DNA from: Paraspadella gotoi
Taxonomy: Eukaryota; Animalia; Chaetognatha
Assembly: GCA_051294375.1 (NCBI GenBank)
Contig: CM119266.1
Location: forward strand, 21,279,987-21,343,986
Reading direction: 5' to 3'
DNA length: 64,000 nucleotides
Shown here piece by piece: positions 41,544-53,000 of the stretch (position 1 is the stretch's first letter; each line of letters begins with the position of its first letter). A program made the translations under genes and the position numbers. The notes beneath the pieces are model-generated. The model was not told where the DNA came from, made no database searches, and saw nothing but the letters and a program-made list of their open reading frames with translations.

Positions 41544-42354
41544 CAAATAAGTAAGCAGCAGGGATTTCTAGGCGAAACCAAAAGTGGATTTTATTTCTTC
41601 AAGAAAATCAGACGTTAATACACGGTGGTCAATTTTTTGGGGCAGAGTGAATCAATACGTTTCTGGGTTGCTCTTTTATATCGTTCATCGATAGAGGCAT
41701 GGGTAAATTTACAGGGCGGAAAGAAGCCATGTGGCTCATTGGCCGGTGCCATTTGTTTCTTGCAACTGAAAATGTTCCATTCTTGTCTTGGCTGGCTTTT
41801 TCTGGCTTCGCGTCGTTTGAGCCCGATTTACCGATTCTATACATTTCTTAGATTCTTCTGACGATGGAAGTCAAAGAAAAATATTATTGGAAGTTAAACA
41901 AATGAGTAAGTGGCGTCGTTAACTGAGTATTTGTCAAAGGCTATATATATTTTGTTCATAGGGATTATAGTTTATTTGTTCTGAAAATGTGTAACTAAAA
42001 AAATTGTCTTATAAAGCTGGCTTCTTTATTGCTTCTCTTTCTCATCTATCTTCTCATATCACTCTCGGAGAAACTATGACGAAATCTCTCTCTTCTCTCT
42101 CTCTCTCTCTCTCCTTTTTTTTGTCCTCATAAAATCTTTCTATTTAATCTCCGCCATTTTATTACCGTCGCTTTCTTTTTTCTCAATACAAAATCCAAAT
42201 TTACTCTGCGAGATTTCTTCGTGATTTTTTTCCCTAAATTCTGATTATTCTTTTATTATCATACGAGGAGAGACCTAATAATGCGTTTCGTTGGCGGGAG
42301 AACTGTCCAGCCTCTCTCTCTCTCTCTCTCTTCTCTCTCTTCTCTCTCTGCTCT

Positions 42355-42386
<32 letters not shown>

Positions 42387-42421
42387 CTTTCACTCATACA
42401 CGCATTTGTTTGTTTTATTTA

Positions 42422-42662
42422 CGATGAATGATTCATCGCGTCAATGAATTACTATCATCGCATCAATGACATGACTCATCATCAGTATCAATGAATGATT
42501 ATCATCATATCAATGAATGACTATCATCGCATCCATCATTTGATTATCATCACATCAGTCATTTTGTTTATCATCGCATGCAATTATTGGTTATCATCGC
42601 GTCAATATTTGGTTATATCGCATCAATATTTGGTTATCATCGCATAAATATTTGGTTATCAT
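42422..42662. repeat. Tandem repeat of about 22 bp, TATCATCGCATCAATGAATGA grading into TATCATCGCATCAATATTTGGT (copy at +15159)
   Basis: Seen directly. Confidence 0.8.
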
Positions 42663-42737
42663 GAAAAAGAAGGCTCGATCCTATTGCTTTTAAGATTTTT
42701 TTTCTCTAGATTTTTATCTAAATATTTTTAAAAATAA

Positions 42738-43075
42738 TTTTAGGTCGGATCTGCTTATCAGCAGATCCCGACTCTATAATTCACTTGTCGGTCGTCGTGT
42801 GTGATTTGAGCTGGATATAAAAGTTTCGGATGGAATCGTCCGAGTGGAAATGAGTTTAAATGGAAAAAACAAAACCTGTATCACTAATTGACTTATGCTT
42901 CTTTTCCTTTTATATTAAATGGTATATTCAGGATGTATGAATAAATCAAATATAATCAGTTAATTAATCAATAGTCAATTAATTAATCAATAATTTTCAT
43001 GTAAATCAGCTAGATATAAAGTTTTGACCGAATTGTGCCAGTGGAAATGAGTTTAAATGGAAAAACATAGAGTCA
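42738..43075 (+). mobile_element. Helentron-associated (DINE-1/HINE-like) non-autonomous repeat
   Basis: A T-run is followed by the palindrome GTCGGATCTGC-TTATCA-GCAGATCCCGAC, then TCTATAATTCACTTGTC. The GGATATAAAGTTTCGATGGAATCGT..GAGTGGAAATGAGTTTAAATGGAAAAAAC-like core is shared with 29640-29715, 30815-31105 (-), 44240-44370 and 45850-46140 (-). Several copies carry (GTCY)n. Confidence 0.6.
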
Positions 43076-43139
43076 CATGATTCTTTGATGATTTATGATT
43101 ACAATAATGTTTTAATAATTTAATTAATCTAACTTGGAA

Positions 43140-43540
43140 AAATGTTGCAATTTAAAAAAATGATGCAAGTTGAAAAAATGATGCAAGTGAAAAAAATGAT
43201 GCAAGTTGAAAAAATGATGCAAGTGAAAAAATGATGCAAGTTGAAAAAATGATGCAAGTTGGAATAAAATGATGCAAGTTGAAAAAATGATGCAACGTTG
43301 AAAAAAGATGCAAGTTGAAAAAAATGATGCAAGTTGAAAAAATGATGCAAGTTGAAAAAATGATGCAAGTGAAAAAATGATGCCAGTTGAAAAAATGATG
43401 GCAAGTTGAAAAAATGATGCAATGTTGAAAAAATGATGCAAGTTGAAAAAATGATGCAAGTTTGAAAAATGATGCAGTTGAAAAAAATGATGCCAAGTTG
43501 AAAAAAAATGATGCAAGTTGAAAAAATGATGCAAGTTAAA
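43140..43540. repeat. Minisatellite, 18-bp unit TGATGCAAGTTGAAAAAA, about 22 copies (copy at 58299-58699)
   Basis: Head-to-tail units with no spacers; the length of the A-run varies. Confidence 0.95.
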
Positions 43541-45670
43541 AAAATTAAAAGCATTAGGATCGTCGGCAATTGCATAATTCGAGAGAGAGATGAGAGAGAG
43601 AGAGAGAGAGAAATAAAAAGGTAATTCAAAGCTTGAAATATTACAATAGCAAAATGATAACATGCACGAATGCGATGCATAATTTACGATTCAATCCTAA
43701 TTCAATTTTTTTTAACAAAAACGCAGAGAGAGAGACGAGAGAGAGAGATCGTTTTCGGACGAATCAGCAGCTGCAGCAGCAGAGGCAGCCAGAAAAAAAG
43801 AAAGAAATCAAATGCAGCACAGAAGCAGCAGGAGAAAGAGAGAAAAAGAAAGAGCCCCTGCAGAGCCTTTCTGCAGACATCGTTTTTTTCCCCGATGATC
43901 AGCCTGGGGAAAAGAGAGAGTAGGATAGCTACAATAATTAAAAGAGAAAAATCAGTTAATTAATCAATAAAAATTAATCAGTCAATTTATCCATCAATTA
44001 ATTATTCAATCAATCAATTTATTATCTATTAATTTAATTATTCAATCAATCAATTTATTTTATCTATTATTTAATTATTCAATCAATCAATCAAGTCAAT
44101 CATCATCGCATTATTCTCATCGTCGTCATTGCTCTTTGTCATGGTTAGTGACGAAAATACCTAAAACAAACATTCGAAATCAATATAATTAACTAATTGC
44201 CTAATTAATTGCCTCATCGAGTGAGATGGGGGCATTGCCTGGAATTTTGTATGTGGGTAGGAAAGTGGTGTGATTGAACAGGAAAACAAGTTTCGATGAA
44301 ATTGTTTGAGTGGAAATCGAGTGTTAAATGGAAAAAACAAAAAAACCTGTTCACTAATTGATTACTGCTCNNNNNNNNNNNNNNNNNNNNNNNNNTAAAC
44401 ACATGACTCCGATCCAGTCGTGACTATCTTATTCAGCCGAGATCAAGTTTGATGAAGAAAATACTTCAAAATAATTTTTAGCGCCGTATCTGCCACAGCA
44501 TTGATCCCGCGCTCTATAAATTTACCTGTTTGTCGACATGGTCCTCCACAACTTTATTCGTAAGCGACTTAGACATGTCAAACGTCGGGAATATGTGGTT
44601 GGTTCGCCGTCCATACTATCCATCCTCTTTCAGTTTGTCTGTCCGTCAGTCTGTCTGTTCGTTCACATATCGTCCTTTCTGTGTGTTGTGTGATTGAGCG
44701 CGAAACACAAGTTTCCATGGAATGATCTGCTGCCAATGTCAATGTGTTTAATAAAAAAAAACTATTTTCAGTGTGCTTGAATTTACTTTTTTTATAATTA
44801 AATATAAAATATATGGCATTATGGCAGCTTGCTTTTATATTAATATAAAAAGTATAATCAATTTCTGACAGGTTTTTTTAATAATTAATTAAAAATTAAT
44901 AATTTAATTATAATCAATCAATAAATAATTTATCAATTAATTAATTATTTAATCTATCATTTAATCAATCAATCAATCAAATCAATCAAATCAAATCAGA
45001 CACAGTTTTAAATTATAACGTGGCAGTATCAAAACCTTTTTAGGTCGTTACTCTTAATCTTAATGACTCTAGACCATTTTCGTGTTCATTAACGGCAATA
45101 CACTCTATGAACGCACGTGACAGGCTTTTCCAATTTCTGGTTTAAACAGGACGAACTTCTTTTTTAAAAACGAATTCCTTCGAGGCTGAACTTATTTTTA
45201 TGAGAAAAAATAACGTGATCAAAAACGTTAGTTTATGCGTTTTATATCGTTTTCAAGGAAAAAATCCCTTTCATTTCTATATAGAAATCAGAGATGGAAA
45301 TTTTTCCGTCAGAAGCAGTCCCATTTGTTCTGGCTTGTTTGATATCAAGATGTTGATGAATTTGAAAAGAGAAAAAAATGCGAAGCCTTCAGATGCAACA
45401 GGATTCAGAATCAAGTGTTTTTACATCGAATTTTACCAGAATTTTTACAGGAGCTTCATTGTTTGGTAGTCAGATTGAAACGAAAATCTCCATTGAAAAA
45501 GTCTTCCTCGATCTCTAAGAACGACGTAGACCTAAGTCCCGTGGTGGAGAGACTGGCGGATCGACCGACGACCAAATTCCCAAAACGAGTCACGTTTTTT
45601 CCTAATGGATCTTCATGATTTCATCTTTCTTCAAAAAATAAGTTAACCCGCCTTTTTGGTTTTGTTCTTC

Positions 45671-45850
45671 GGTTGTGGCTCATTGAGTATAACCAACAGG
45701 TCCGGGATCAATCCCCAATGGTACCTCCCTGCGTGAAGCTTGAGGACGGCCGTAAACCACCTAGGGGGCTCGAAAACCCTCAAGCCTGGTTCCATGCCAG
45801 GACCTGTCTATTGCTGCTAGAGAAGCAACGACGATACGAATAGTAATAAA
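45671..45850 (+). mobile_element. Candidate tRNA-headed SINE (other copy at 30651-30812 lacks the B-box-like segment)
   Basis: A-box-like TGGCTCATTGA, B-box-like GGGATCAATCC, a GC-rich body and an AATAGTAATAAA tail. The box spacing is shorter than canonical. Confidence 0.3.
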
Positions 45851-46140
45851 CATGATTTTTTTGTTTTTTCCATTTAACTCATTTTCACTCGCACGATTCC
45901 ATCGAAACTTTATATCCTACTTGATCCTTCACATGATTATACACTTTCCTACCCGCACACAATTTCCTCTCAATCCATCCTTTCAATAATGAATAATAAT
46001 TGGAGTTTAATGCTAAGGGAGGACGGACGGATGGACGGACGAATTTAAGTGAATGACCGACAAGATTGTGGGGGCGGACTGATGGACAGACAAAGTGGAT
46101 TATAGAGTCGGAATCTACGATAAGCAGATCCGAATAAAAT
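45850..46140 (-). mobile_element. HINE-like repeat copy with (GTCC)n tract
   Basis: The reverse complement starts TTTTATTCGGATCTGCTTATCGTAGATTCCGACTCTATAATCCACTTTGTCTGTCC. Confidence 0.6.
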
Positions 46141-47059
46141 TTCGGAGTAATTACTATTTGGCATAATGATAACATAACCATGGTAATAAAAATGGGTTCT
46201 TTAGAATTTGAGTTTTGATTTCTGGGAAAAAAATATTAAACATTATTTTAATTCATGCTTCGAAACAGAGCGCATGCGCGAAACATCGAATTAAATTCAC
46301 GTTTTTCTTCTTTTATTCGCGAGTTTTTTTGTTTTTTTTGGTTTTTTTCTTCTTGAATTCGAAGATTGAAATCCTCAGTCGCGAATCCTCTTCCTCCCAC
46401 GAGTCTTGACCATTCTGCTTTAACCTCGTTCCTGATCGCCCGCGCCCGTTCGGCTTATCTCTCCACTCTTGCCCGCTCGCGTTCGCCTCCCGTTTATCTC
46501 TATACTGCTCGCTCGAGTCATGTCGTTCTCGCCCGCTCTGCTCTCACCAGCTCGATCTCATCCGTTCATTCTTGCCCGCTCGCTCTAGCCCGTACTCGTC
46601 GTTTTTCTCTCACCCCTTGAATTTTCATACTTGCTGCCCGCTTCGACATCGTCCTCGCTGTCCGCTCCATTTTCGTCCTCGCTGCCCGATTCAGCATCGT
46701 CCTCGCCGCCCGACACGGCCATGGACGCGCACCTCTCTCAAAGCACATCTCACGTACCCTTATCTCTCTTTATTTCTTATTTCCCATTCTCGCTATCGGT
46801 CCGCGGTTTACGAGTTTTATTCTCCGCCGCTTCCGCCGGCGCGGTCGCCGCCGCCGCCGCCGCCGCGCCGTCTCGAGGCCCCGCGCAGTGGCCGCAGACC
46901 CGACGTGGCCGGAGGTCGAAAGCAGTTCAAAACCAATTTGCATAAACTAGTATAGGTAATGACACATTACTGTAAAGGTCAAGCTAATGGCACAGTAAAA
47001 ACGAGCCCTTTCTTCTCTGGCGAGGGGCCGAGATAGAGGAGGGAGGGAAGGGAAGAGAG

Positions 47060-47119
<60 letters not shown>

Positions 47120-48198
47120 GGGGGGGAGGGGGGAGTGAGGCTGGTCCGCCGGTTTAAGGAGTTTCGGAACGTCGTTGGATATCGTTGAGTCGCGTTGGGG
47201 GGGGGTAGTAGGAGGGGAGGTGGAAGGGGAGGCGTAAAAGGTCGGTGGTTGAATAGGAATGCGAACTCAGGTTGATTCTGTTTTGAGATAATCTTGACAA
47301 GAGTGGTGGGAATGAATAAACATCAGACGCATATGAAAGTGAATCAGGTCAGTATTTTTTTTGTTTTTTTGGTAAAGATGGAAAAGATTGGAAAGGTGGT
47401 CACTGGTTAAACGAATGGGGAGACCATTTAGGCCCTTTTTTTTTCCAAAACGCCCCATTTAATTTTAAATTTGGAATTAGCTTCATTTTTGAACTTAAAA
47501 ATTAGGTTTGAGGTTGGTGTTAGGGATTAGGCTAGTGAATAAGGTGAGGGATTAGTTAAATTAGTTAAATTAGGTTAATTATTAGGGTTTAGGATTAGGG
47601 TTAGGGACTAAGGTTAGGATCAGGGTTTATGATCAAGTTAAAGTTTGATGGGTAAGGAAGTTATATTTAAAAAGTTAAATACTAAGGTTATAATAAAATT
47701 CCGCGATGGCGCTCTGAGAAAAGAGAGTCCAGATTTTAACCTGCTAAGTAGTTTCTCGAGTTGGTCGTTGGTGGTAGACGGAATTAAAAAAGGAGAAGGA
47801 AGAAGGAAATAGAGAAGTTAAAAACTCTTGAAGGATGCTCAAGAAAGAGAAATGGGAGAGAAGTAAAGGATAAGAAAAGGATAAATTTTAAGAATTTATA
47901 TACAAGTATTTTATACATGAAAGAAAAAGTGGGAAAGTGGATACTAGATAGTGACAACTGGAGTGTGTGAAGGAAAAGAAGGAGAAAGAAGAAAGAAGAA
48001 AGAAAGAAGAAAAAAGAAAAAGAAACGAAAAAAAAAAGAGGTTTAAATTCGCCATGCGTTCCCCTCGTTTCGCCGGCCACTGCCGAGAGAGAAAGAGAGA
48101 AAGAGAAAGAGAACTTTACCAAGGTTATCGAACTTACCTGTTTCGGACATAAAGAAGCCAATTTTGAACATTAGAAAACAAGACCTGCTCTCCGTATT

Positions 48199-48250
<52 letters not shown>

Positions 48251-49706
48251 GGGGGAATTTGAGGATATTTATCTCGGCTAATGGAAGAAACGATGCAGGT
48301 CGGCAACCCGGCCAGTCTTGCCCGTTAGCCTCGTGCTCTTTGACAGCGACTGCGTATCGTTAGACTCGAGGATAATCTCCGACAACATATGACGTTATGG
48401 TTTATAAACATTATACAATTAAGTAACAATTACGATAATGTAACGTTTTTAAATGCGGATAGTTGATTCTGATAAATTAATGATCATAGTTCAAATCATA
48501 TATCAAATAAAAAGCAGGCAGTTCCGTTTAAAATCATCCATTGCTCTTTTTTTAATGTTCAATACCGCTGCAAAATTACTGCAGATGTCGCTCGCCACGT
48601 AATCCATACTTTACCGTACCTTGTCGGATTTTTAAAACGGGGCATCGTCGAGGAAGTAGCAAGCCTCGTCGAAGGGTAAGTAAACCGATATTCGGAGTTC
48701 GTCCGCTCGTGTTGACCCCGGGTAAGGACGCTTCCTCACCTCTTACCCTCTTGGCTCGGCTCTCGGTCTCCGTCTAAATATTCGTCGAGGCGGAAGAAGA
48801 AAAAAAATGCGGGTTTATTGTCTGGGAGATAAGCGAAGCCAAAGCGGGGAGAATTGGGGATTGGGAAATGGGGGATTGGGGATTGGGGAATGGAGAAGGG
48901 AATTGGGGATTTGAATGCGGGTGCATTTAGGAATCGGGAAGGAGTTGGATGTATGTATGTAAGTATCATTACATGTATCATTATTAAGGTTTTATACTAT
49001 GTTCCTTCTACAGCAGGTATCGTAATCTCTCCTCTCTTTATAATAAAACGCCATCTCTTGTTCCATATACGCGACACTTGGCGCCGTCGTAAAGTATACG
49101 CCGGCTTTTATTTCCTTGATGCCTGGATGCGCGTCAAAATGGTGGCGCTGCATTCGTTGGCGTCTCTTGGCGCCGAGTTTGGCGTCGCCGAATATCGTCA
49201 CGGCGCGTGGCTTCCCGTATCGTTTCATCAAAATCGCTTTGAAATTATCGAGTTAATTTTTTTTTTAATTTAATGTTTAAACTCTGGTTATTTAGGAACG
49301 TTTTTGGATTTTCACTCTTTATTTTTCCTTTCGCTTGATGCTCAAACTTTCTCCCCGATCTCTCTCCAACTTCTGACCCGCTTAGTACATCTTCCATGTT
49401 TCTTTATCTCACCGTAAATGACCCACTTTTCCTCTAACCCGCCTCCTCTCCTCTTGACCCACTTTATCCCTCTTTAGACCCGCTCTTTAGAACTTCCCCT
49501 TCCCCCACACTTGTACCCACACTTGTACCCACACTTCTTCCCACCCCTTCCCCAATCCGCTTTCGAGCCTCGTCTGTTGTCTCATCCATTAAGATTCTCG
49601 GGTGGCTTCAACTTCTGTCTTCTTCACTTCACTCATGCCATCTATCATATAAGAAACGGAAAGAGTGAGAGGGAAAAAAGAGCAGAGGAGAGAGGAGGAG
49701 AGAGAG

Positions 49707-49775
<69 letters not shown>

Positions 49776-49826
49776 GTAGAGAGAGGCAGAGAGAGAGGAG
49801 AGAGAGAGAGAGAGGAGAGAGAGAGA

Positions 49827-49859
<33 letters not shown>

Positions 49860-49975
49860 GAGAGAGGAGAGAGATCCTCTTTCAGTAAAAATGTCTTAAG
49901 TTGGAACAAGAGTCCGGAAGGCCTAAAGTTTGTTCTAAAAAAAGTATAACTTTACATCATTCGAAATTCTCTCTC

Positions 49976-50056
<81 letters not shown>

Positions 50057-50079
50057 GTCTCTTTCTCTGTCCTCCTTCT

Positions 50080-53000
50080 CCTCCCATCCTCCTCTCCCTC
50101 TCCTCTACACTCTCCCGGCGAACGAGTCTGGTTGTCCTTTCCTTGGGTCTGGTGATCAGTAGGCGATTTCAGCTTCTGTACGCATCAACGTCTGCTTCGA
50201 AAGTGTTGTCCTATCAATGAGTTCTTTTGGTCAGCCGCCTGCTTTTACCACGCTCTATCGTGTTGAAGTTTCGATCAGGTGGCGTTGTGGGACTGCTTGG
50301 TTGTTTGTTGCGTTCAACGTGGATATTATGAAGTCCTGGGGGAGAGTGTCGATGTGCCGGTGTGTCCCCTTGAAGGTTTTTGGCCTTCCCCCTGCGTTCT
50401 GGTTGTTTTGAGTGATCGACCTTGATGGTTTGCATCTGGTCCTAGGTTGAACAGGTCGCAGGGGTGTAGTTAGGTTCCTTGTCTCAAACCAGGCTTGACT
50501 TGCCCGGGATGGTTCTGAATATTTTCAGCGACCTTTATTTGTTTGGTGACATATACTCCTTTCGTACTTTGCCAGCCCGTTTCTTTGGTTGAATCCCTCG
50601 TCCTCATGATTAGGGTAATTCGATCATTTCACTGAGCATGTCGAGTTCGGGATGACTCAACGAACCAATCTATGGCGGATATCGTTTTTTTTTCTGATGA
50701 AAGTATCGGGTCTCTTTGTTTTGCGGTTTTGCATATAGCCTTCTCTATATTGGCTTTCCTCTGTGAGAATCTTTGGTCTTACGAAATTCAAAGAATCTTG
50801 CTCTGAAAAGCTTGCATCCTCATTTAATTGTTTTTTTTGGCAACTAACGTGCCACGTGGGGGCGTGTCCGTGATAAGATCCAGATCGCTTCTGGGCTTTT
50901 GTTTGATGCGTAGACGGATTTTCGGCAAAACCTGTTCGTAATTTCGCCACTTCGTCGAACCCTGCTGGATAGAAGGGTGTGTCGAGGGGCGTCACTTGAC
51001 CTTGGTCAGTGAGCGGGTCAAGGAGTCGCAGGGTTGTCTTCACTTTTAACCTAAGGATGACTTCCTGGGTTGGCATTCTGTCTGATTTCCGTTATCCACC
51101 TGGTAGCATTGGTGGGTTAGGCAACTGTTTGTCTGTCAATGTTTGATCCATCACCCTTCTTGAAAGTACTGTGAACGGTGACGAGGGTGACGTTTCGTCC
51201 GGCAAGGTGTATCCTCTGAATTTTCGACACATCATGTTAAAGGCGAGTGTTTCTAGAATGTTGATTAATGCTTTATCCTATACTACTCGTCCGGAGAAAT
51301 GATTTTCGAATGAAAAGACAACGGGTAACTCGACGCCGTCCGCAGTGGGGTTTTAATGCCGCTCGGCATTGCGCTTGGTGCTTGGGCGATTGGCATATAT
51401 TTCTGTATGAGCCTGTGTTTAATTCTTGCATTCATTGAGGAGTTTTTAAACCAGGTGGATGATCTGATTTTCCTGACGAGCAAGGCTGCAGCATTTACAT
51501 GTGTTTTGCTCGTCAGTTTTGAAATCTTTTTTTGTCGATCAGGGTGAGGGCGTGGAGAGGTTGGGCGATGTAGGAGAAACGATGTGTTGAAGCATTGTAG
51601 TAATTTAGTGATGCTAGCATCGCCTGAGTTCTTTGCGTTTTTAGCGACTGCCTCTCAGTTTGATCTCCCTGACGGCGTCAAGTTTTTCTCTTTGGCGGCA
51701 TGAGTTTGCTTTTTGGACGAGTACTGAAGGCTAGGATTTTTATGTCCTCTTTCGCAGTAGCAGTACACTTTTTGTCATTTGAGGACGCACGTTTCCCTCT
51801 CTGCTCTCTGAGGAGGTCGCGTAATTCTTCTCGGCATGTCCTCTGGAGAACTTAGCTGTGAGTGATTAGATCGTCCGACATAGACGAGTACAAACTCTTT
51901 CACACATACTGTGGATAAGTCTTTGAAGATTTTCGTCAGCTAGCAATGGCTTGGAGCACGTTGACGGGCTGTTTGACGACCTCCCATGCGCAGTTTTATT
52001 CATCCAGCCAGTTGTGTCCGGCTCACGGCGAAGGTTGTGACGGTTTGGCAGCGGGTCTGGAGAGATTAACTTGGTGAAGCATGCTAAGATGTCGACCGAG
52101 CATTGGAGCCTCGTGTGGCTTGTAATTGCTCTACCCGATATCGATGCTATCGTTTGAGGCTCAGTTGCATAAGTAGAAATGTTGTTGTTGACAGCCGAGA
52201 GGTCACAGATTAGTCGGCCATTGTTTTGCAAGGTTTCATCATTCATTGCCTGATCCTGGCCTTCAGCGATCTGTGTCGCAGGTTTTTTAATGACGGAAGG
52301 CGTTCGAATAGGCTCTCGTTCCTTGTTCCTGGAAGAAAAGATGCCCAGCACTTCTCATAAACCTGCCCCAGATAATCGCATTGAGGGCGGCCTTTCTTCT
52401 GACCGGGTCCTGATTGGCGAAATTTTTGGTTTTCTTGGGCAGAGTCGTCGTTGGTGTTTCTGTAACCCAGTTCTACCCTTGTAGCTTTGAGAAATTGCCG
52501 CTCCTTGCCAGTCATTTATCGTGGATTTCGCCGAATTACATCTCGATATTTTCTCCGAAACACCAATGAACGAATATCCCAGACTAGTTATGGCCTTTTC
52601 TCTATAGGCTTGGGTCGACGTCTTGTAGAAAACTGTAGGTTTTAGAAAAGCTTCTTTTTTGCCTCGCTGCGTGCATAGGCTTCTGTTTTCTCTTTTGGCG
52701 GGGGCATACCTCGAATTAGCTTTAAGTTCTTCAGCAACTTGGCCTTGGTGATGTATTATGGTCGTGGCTGGGATGTGATCCTTTTCGGACCTTCCTTAGA
52801 ATGCCGGTTCCATATACGCCCAGACAGGTCAGCTTGTATCGTTGAGGTATTCGGTATATGCGTGCTATAGGCATTCTGGTCTCTAAAGGTGTAGTTCCAT
52901 CTTTGCCTGCGTTAGTGGATCATGGGGCGTGCTGTTCCCACAGTGGTCCGGGTTTGGCATCAAGTTCGATTCCCTCCTTTTCAGCTGATACCGTCTGCGA

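Larger units (their letters stand above)
34941..41924 (-). mobile_element. Ty3/Gypsy LTR retrotransposon, frameshifted, 3'-truncated (no integrase core or 3' LTR seen)
   Basis: In order on the minus strand: PBS 41522-41543; possible Zn knuckle about 38720-38775; protease LYDTGAS 38553-38573; RT motifs RLICDLSAVNN (37025-37057), SVDILACF, SNSPST and VKEFVLVYV-DDLITH (36701-36744, one extra G); RNase H-like PLSFHSK, LETLAF..RKFRGY and LAGRNVTLVT (about 36020-36170). Confidence 0.85.
44396..50079. repeat. Block A', diverged copy (probable second haplotype) of 29355-34920
   Basis: Begins immediately after a 25-N gap and is collinear with block A. Confidence 0.95.

Noticed and set aside
43124-43680. 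CRISPR array, or the 179 and 183-aa repeat proteins
   Set aside because: Head-to-tail 18-bp units with no unique spacers and no cas genes; A-run indels shift all frames.
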